In this document: positions 57,063 through 64,000 of the stretch, piece after piece
Layout: each line of letters begins with the position of its first letter
Numbering within the stretch: the stretch's first letter is position 1
Source: Guillardia theta CCMP2712
Lineage: Eukaryota; Protista; Cryptophyta
Assembly: GCF_000315625.1 (NCBI RefSeq)
Contig: NW_005434665.1
Location: 238,893-302,892 of the forward strand
DNA: 64,000 nucleotides
Direction of reading: 5' to 3'
Program-made: the position numbers and the translations under genes
The notes under the pieces: generated by a model
The model's input: the letters and a program-made list of their open reading frames with translations, nothing else
Databases searched by the model: none
Told to the model about the DNA's origin: nothing

Positions 57063-59812
57063 TCAAGACAGGGAGAGGAGTGCTCTTAGTATTGTTTTTT
57101 CCTCTAGTAACAATAAATACACATCAGAAAAACAGGCATCTGCAATGGCGTTGGGATCAAAGAAGCATTCCTCCCTACCAAGCGTCGTTGAGCGCCTCAA
57201 CTCGACTCTGCAACCAGATTTGACGATTCTCTGGAACAAACATTCGTTATAAATTTTCTGGGATATGCGATAACTCACGAGAAAGTTGCTTTAGCTGTGT
57301 AGTGAGGAAATTTTGCCTCTCAGATCTCCGTTTTTCATTTCCCGGAGGATTATTTAGAACCTGAATTCATAAAGGTCAGAACAAAGCCTTCCAAATTCAT
57401 CTGAAGATACCGAAGCAGGAATGAAATAGAAAGAGCATGCACTTATGGCCTTGACCGAATATCTTCGCTTTTTATCTGACTTGAAGGTATCTGAATCATG
57501 GAGTGGAGTATGATCAATAATTGTCAAGGTTGAAGAAGGAACAAAAACCTGCCAACTCTTCGCCAAACACTGAATATCGTCCACAGGTCATCAATCCCAA
57601 TCCGCGGACAGCCGGCGTCTTGGGACTGCTGCGCAACGCACTCCCACCCTCTGAAGTGAGCTAATTCAATATCTTAAGTGGCAACAGAGTTCAAGGTCGT
57701 ACTTCTAATGCCATTCAAGAAACTTTGTCTCGAGCTCTTGGCTGGGCTCGTCGACAGATGAATGCCGTCAATCTCTATCTGACATTCTCCCCAATGCAGT
57801 ATGTGCAAGCCAGACACCTCCTCCCCTTGTCTTCTCAGATGATCTTAGCTGTACGCTACAACAGCAAGAGAAGCAAACCTTGACAAATAGACATCCTTGT
57901 CTATCTGAACTCCTTCCACGTCCTTTACCAAGGCCAAGACATCAAGCCAGGACCAACTCTGAAATATATTGACACAGGAGAGCGAAGAAGCGATGAAGGC
58001 AAAACTGTCACAGGGACGTCATGATGGGTGAATGTGCACACAAGCGAACCTTGTCAGCCCTTGCCTCTGCGACCTTTCGTACGCATTGAAAGCCATCTTG
58101 CACTCCATCAGGTCAACCCGCAATAGCAAAGCTTGGGTTTTCACTATGTACTTCGTTTCTCGGCTGCTTTCCTTGTAAGAAGAATCAACGGAAACGATAG
58201 CTTGAAGTATAAGGAAATTTCTATCGCTTACATTCACATAATCCTTATCCTCCATTGTATCCTTGAACTCTTTGATTCCAAGCACGCTTCCAGGTTCCAC
58301 CATCTCATTGTCTGAACTCTCGAGCGTTCCGGAGAGTACGAGGAGCAGCGCATTTGAGTAATCATTGAACACTGTGACCATCACGGGATCAGCGGAGCTG
58401 CTTCACTTGTCGATGGCAAAGCAACATACCCATCTCGTCTACCTCGCCAGTGATATACCTGCCTTGACGACATATCAAGTATTTGTCTACAGCGGACAAG
58501 GAGTTCAAGACGGGAACATGGTTGATCAGACTCATGATCGTGTCCAGGTCTTTGAACGATCTCTCAGCGGGTCTGAAGCATTCACATGTCACCAATGTTG
58601 CAATGTTGAGATCAGATCCCTCACTCGATGCTCAGCAGTTGGCAGCACTGTCGTATGAATCTCTCACTCAGCTTCATGAAACCCTCCCCCGAGCTCCCCA
58701 CGTCGCTTTCGTGCGCGTGAGCTTTGCTCTGGAGGGCATGCACCTACTAGAAGTCAAACCAGGAGCTGAAGCCGGAGCTTGACATCACCAGCTCTTTGCC
58801 TTGTATGGTGATGCCATCATCGATGGATCGTGAGCGACGGATGGCGTTGGAGGCTCTCCTACTCGAGTACTCAACAAGACCTGCTTCCAACTCCCCGACA
58901 CTCACCTGCCGAAGCTCGACGTTCTGCCGAACAAGCCCATGGAGTGATGAACGGCAGGGAGCATGGTATGTCCGTAACGATGAACGTGCTCGACTGGATA
59001 GGATTCTTCGTGCATCATCTGTCGGCGTTGAAGGAAGGACAGTCTCGGCGAGGGCCGAGAGATGTCAGCATGCTCTGTCTGCAGTGGGTCTCTCTCCTGC
59101 AGTTGTCTGGAGATGGCGGTAGACAGAGGGGAAAACATGCTTGTTCCCTGCGTCCTCGTGAGCGATTTGATCCATGTCGGCAGGAAATCCACTTCTGAGG
59201 ACTCGTCACTGTACATGCTCGCGGTCCTGGTCCTAGTCATCTTGGTTGATTTCGACATATGCTGATATCGAGAAGCAGCACAGACAACTTCAGAGGCCCC
59301 TCATGCAACCGTGAACGGCGACTCCCATGCCTCGTGAGGCGGTTGCGCTTCCGATCAGATTCAGACTGGGACGTCAACTCAGCGGTTGCATCAGTGCGAT
59401 CCCGTCATGACTTAGGATCCTTCAGTCGCCCGCCGCTAAGTTCCCACAGCGGCTCTCGGCTGCGCTCAGCTCTTCGTGGCAAGTTGAGCCAGACAGCGCT
59501 GGATCTGCTGAGGAGCAAGTCTGACTGGTGGTACCTGGAGGAGGTTGAAGAGGGAGGGAGAGGGAGGAGGAGGAGGAGGAGGAGGAGGAGGAGGGTCGGG
59601 GACCTACGGTAACCGGAGCGTCAGTTTAGGAGGCGCCATCAAGCTCACCTCAGGGAAAACGAGTGGTCGATGAGGGGACGAGGGTGCCAAAATGGGTCAC
59701 AATGGTGCGGAGGCTTGAAGGGGCGGAAGAGGAGGAAGGAGGGGAGGGAGGAGGAGGTCCGAAGGCAGAGACTCCTTTCTCTCCGATGCTAGAGCATACA
59801 GACGACATCCAT
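57063..59812 (-). CDS. Multi-exon hypothetical protein with possible degenerate cyclic-nucleotide-binding domains; both ends approximate
   Basis: RPAERSFKDLDTIMSLINHVPVLNSLSAVDKYLICR and VTVFNDYSNALLLVLSGTLE resemble the N-terminal helices and beta-roll of cNMP-binding domains; Ser/Arg-rich N-terminal part. Confidence 0.5.
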
Positions 59813-59885
59813 GCACGCTCCCTCCCGGTGGGACAATCAAGGATCCGCGCGTGATGGCGGTGCCGTGAAAGATCCGTCGGGGATC

Positions 59886-62800
59886 ATGGGCCTGCCTTGT
59901 CGACATGCAGCATTGCTGCTGCTGCTGCTTTTGTATTCGGTTGACTCCAGCTATGATCTCTCTTACGTGGCTTCACCTCTGTATGCTCGTGACGTCGCCT
60001 CTTCTGCATTCCTTGGGAGCAAACTTTCCTACTTTCCACCCGGACCATACAAGACCCAGGTTTCCCTATGCTGCTGGTTCCGTGGCCGATGCCGGTTGTC
60101 GATGAAATCAGACAATGTCCAAAGGAGGAAGTCAAGCGGTCCTCGACGACACAGCCAACTTCGACACATCGATGAGATCTTCAAGAGGGATGAAGACGAC
60201 AGCACCAGATTGTACTTTTGACATTGAAACTCCTAGGCCCTCGGTCACCCACTTTGTCTGTTTGTCAGGAGGAAGGACGTGATGCTCTCCATGGGTCGAT
60301 TGAGCTCTTTCGGCAAGCAGGGCAAGGACCGAACGTGGCTAAGGAACACCATGAAGGTGCCAGACCCTTCTCGCAGCGGGAGGGAACCACTGACATGTCA
60401 CAGAACCTGGCGCAAGAACTAGAGCAGCAGCTCGTCAAGTCCAGGACCTTGCTGGTGATGTTCTCACAGTTGACATCACGGTTGCAGTCTTATCGGCGTG
60501 TCTTCAGGATGTCTGGTCGGACCCTGTTGAGTTGGACCACCTGTCGGCAGCGCTCAATTCTGCTGCTCGTTTTCCCGAGTGCCACTCGCTCTTTGCGACA
60601 GCAAGCACGATCTTGACGAGCAAGTGAGTCAGCGGGGAAGTGAAGCTTTCCTCGCTCACTGACGATCCTCAGGCGGGTTCTCAACGACATGAACAGCCGT
60701 ACAGTCATCACTCTCAGCTCGGCTTTCTTGCATCAGGGTATCTACGTGGAAGAGTTTGTACGGCATCCCAAACTTGAGAACTCTGTTGAGAAATGGGACC
60801 CGCACCTCGTTGCTCGATTCATTCATGGGATCTCAAAGGTGTCATGGTGGTGCTGAAGCTGCGTGTTGATCACGTGGGAGGCAGGTGGAACTGGCGAAGC
60901 ATCAGGAGTTGGCGGAGGTGATTACAAGAGTTGTTGGCAAGATCGAGCATGCCAGGTGTCTTCATGCTAGCAGAGCTGCTGTGTGACGAGCAGTGGCAGT
61001 TTGAACCTCAAGGATTCAGCTGTCATGATCTCAGCTCTTGCCCACCTGCAAGTCCAGGACGCGGCAACCTTGATCAAGGTGCTTGTTCTCTTGGTCTCCA
61101 AAGGCCTCTCACTTCCATCAGTTGCGAGCCAGCATCTTGGTGATACTAGCTGACTCCTCCTCCCTGAAAAGTTCGGGAGAGATAAGGTGCTGTTGTGCTC
61201 CCTCTCCCCATGCTGCAGCAGGGAGCGTTGACCCACAGCCCGGCAGATCCCTCTGCGCCATCCTGACAGCTCTCAGCAAGCTGAATCTGCTGGACCGAGA
61301 TCTTCTCGGGCAGACTTCGCGCCTGATTCGTGTGAGCAACATGTTGTGGTTATCTACCGTCACGTTCTCAACCGAGTTTTCATTGTGCAGGAGACCGACG
61401 AGCGGCTGTTGGCTGCTCCGTCTATCTCCGTCATCCTCAAAACTTTTGCCAACATGGCGGTCCGAGATTTCTCCTTGTTCCGAAGGCTGTTGGGAAGAGC
61501 CAGAGAGTTGGAGGAGGCGTCATGGACGCCGTTATCGCTGTCCAACGTCTTGTCTTCATGCAAGTAATTCCAACATCATCCTCGAGTCTTCCGCTGTCAG
61601 GGTCATGACGTAATTCTTTCAGCAAGCTCTCCGTCAGGTTTGAAGACGCATTGGAATACTTCTCTCATGGTACATCCGACCCTCTCTCCTCTCCTCTCCT
61701 CTCCTCGCCTCGCCTCGCCTCGCCTCTCCCCTTCTCATTTCTCACTTCTCAGCCATCCCGGCGATAGCCCCGGAAGATTTCGATCTCCAGGTAACAGGCT
61801 GTGGAGAGATTGAGAAGGAGAGGGAATAACTTCTGCTTGCTTGCAGTCACTGGCGATTATCCTCCATTCCTATTCCAACTTACAGTCTTCTCTCACTCCT
61901 GCCGTGGTTTGGCCCTCCTTCCCCCCTCACCCCCTCCTCCTTCCTTTCATCCTCTCACAGTATCCGTGTCTTTCTCCTTTCCTACTTGCTCCGCTGTCCC
62001 TTTCCCTGCCATTCCCACTCCCCTTGCCATCTTCCTACTTCCTCGCCTGCTGTAAAACTGACCCTTTCTTAGGACCGAGTATTTTCCCACCTCTCACGCT
62101 CACTCCAACTCGTTCCGCATTCTCAAATCAACATGTTCACCGTCGCCGTTACCATGAACTCCTTTGCCAAGGTTGGCAAGCAAGACTCCCACTTGTTCAG
62201 GTGCCGGGGATCTTCTTGTCATCCTCCCTCGTCCTTGACCCCCCGGTTGCGACAGACATATCCTCAGCGGGATAAGAGAGATGGAGACGAGGGCAGCAGG
62301 TTCGGATGATGAGGTACAGGGAGTGCCAAGCAAGACGTTGCAAGACTCGCACGCGATCTCCAACATCTTCAACGCGGTTGTCAAGCTCGAGATCGATGAC
62401 CCACACGTGCTCAACAATCTCATCTCCATGGCTCGTGACATCGATCTGAGCTACTGGAACGAGATCGGAATCGCTCAGGTCACCTGACCCTCCCGCTCGA
62501 CCTCCGACCTCCTGACCCGCCTCGTCCCTTGCAGATGTTCAACGCTCTTGCCAAGATTGACGTGGATTCCAGAGAGCTCGCTGATCGCTTGTCTCTGGCC
62601 GTCCTTGAGGTAGAACCCATCGATGGCAGTGATAGCCGGCTTGACTTTGTGTCCCCAGTTGCCCTCGCACAAACTGTCGCCCCAAGTCGTTGCCCTCATC
62701 TTGTTCGGCGCTTCTCGTCTCGGCGTCAACAATCAGCTGCTCTACACTGTGCTGTTTGCTAGAGTCCGCAAGATGACGCACAACCAGGTGAAACTCCGCT

Positions 62801-64000
62801 ACCCTCGCTTCCTCTCTTCTCTTCTCCCCTCCTCCGCCACCCATTCTCTCCCCTCCTCTCCCCTCCCCTCCTCTCCTATAACTCTCTTCACACCCACCTT
62901 CTTGCCCCACCATCACTCTGGTTGGTGTAGATGTCGACGAGGGTGCTCAAGATGATTGTTCGCTCAATCAAGATCATCGCAGATCAGAATCTCATCATCC
63001 GTGTTGATCGCAATTTGCTTCAGCACATGAGCAGGCAGGTCTGCCTCATTCCCCCGAGCGACTTAGACATCAGAGATGCTTCCTTCTTCTGTTACAAGTG
63101 AGTTCTTGTTTGAACATCTCCTCCTCCTCCTCCTCCTCCTCTCTCCTCCTCCTCCTCCTCCTCCTCCTCCTCCTCCTCCTCCTCCTCCTCCTCCTCCTCC
63201 TCCTCCTCCTCCTCCTCCTCCTCCTCCTCCTCCTCCTCCTCCTCCTCCTCCTCCTCCTCCTCCTCCTCCTCCTCCTCCTCCTCTCTCCTCCTCCTCCTCC
63301 TCCTCCTCCTCCTCCTCCTCCTCCTCCTCCTCCTCCTCTGCCTGTCATCTCAACCTCACATCCCTTGTCTTCTAGCCTGTTCCGTCTCGGAGTCCGCGAC
63401 GACTCTCTGTATCTCCACCTCAGCGACGTCGTGAAGTTCATCCCTACCAACAAGGTGGCGGCTGAGGCGGCGCGATCGACGGCAAATCTGATGCTGACGA
63501 TGGTAAACGGCTGAGACTGGTCGGCAGGCTTCCTACCTCCACCCTCTGATCACTCTCCTGAGCACTTTCTCAACGCTGGACTTCCAAGACCCGCAGCTGT
63601 ACCGACATCTCTTCTCAGCTCTCATCCTCATCCCCGTGGAGCAACTCAACATGCAGGCGATCGATGGAGGACGGGCCAGATGCCGTCTCGTTGACACTTT
63701 CAACAGGACATCGTCCTCCTGTCTCAGGTCGTCAGCCGTGTTGGGATCATGCAAGACACCTTGTTTTCTCGCATCAATGGTCGTCTGCAAGACATTCTCT
63801 GTGACGATGGGTCAAGACAGACCGTGACCGCCTCCCAGGTTGACAAGTATCTTTACCAGTTCTCCTGCTCTTGACTTGTCTCGGCAGCTCTCTTGTCTAC
63901 TTAGTTGCTTTTCGAGACTTCAAGTCTTTGATGTCTCGACCTTCGAAATGATCGCTGAGTGGATCAATGACTTCCATCCTGTTGAGGTCCTCCTCCTCCT
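59886..64000 (+). CDS. Signal-peptide-bearing helical-repeat protein (OPR/HPR/FASTK-RAP-like), probable plastid RNA-binding protein; truncated at window end
   Basis: Leader MGLPCRHAALLLLLLLYSVDS. Repeats of about 37-38 aa such as SWTPLSLSNVLSSC, SHAISNIFNAVVKLEIDD, WNEIGIAQ|MFNALAKIDV, LSPQVVALILFGASRLGV. Confidence 0.65.
63118..63337 (+). repeat. (CCT)n intronic microsatellite, about 220 bp
   Basis: Near-perfect triplet array with two CT interruptions. Confidence 0.98.

Noticed and set aside
63070-63514. Poly-Arg, poly-Pro and poly-Leu ORFs
   Set aside because: Intronic (CCT)n microsatellite.
1-64000. Transposase, reverse transcriptase or viral genes
   Set aside because: No such motifs, terminal inverted repeats or LTR pairs were seen by eye.

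Overview
Gene-dense, intron-rich eukaryotic nuclear DNA with short GT-AG introns, CTGAC branch points, microsatellite-filled introns and one 100-N gap. It is most likely a cryptophyte alga (Guillardia/Hanusia-like). That is inferred from bipartite signal-plus-transit leaders, a probable ejectisome ribbon protein and a PDZ-containing signalling protein. About 24 protein genes and one U2 snRNA can be traced. These are an ankyrin protein, DUF1415, a CaaX zinc-ribbon protein, a WW-DEAD-box helicase, a CAF16-like ABC ATPase, RPN10, a double Zn2Cys6 factor, three AIM24 paralogues, NOG1, a nucleotide-sugar transporter, an RRM-fused IF2, a DENN protein, an alpha-amylase, a U-box/UBA/PDZ/PAK kinase, an M13 peptidase, a helical-repeat organellar protein and several hypotheticals. 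Most notable: (1) a ubiquitin-C-terminus-like LRGG motif after the signal peptide of unrelated proteins; (2) a PAK kinase lacking CRIB but fused to U-box, UBA and PDZ; (3) an IF2 with two RRMs; (4) two tiny codon-biased genes absent from the ORF track; (5) recurrent intergenic islands with a CCGG-rich core flanked by oriented TACCCC/GGGGTA arrays. All exon structures were read by eye; no searches were run.
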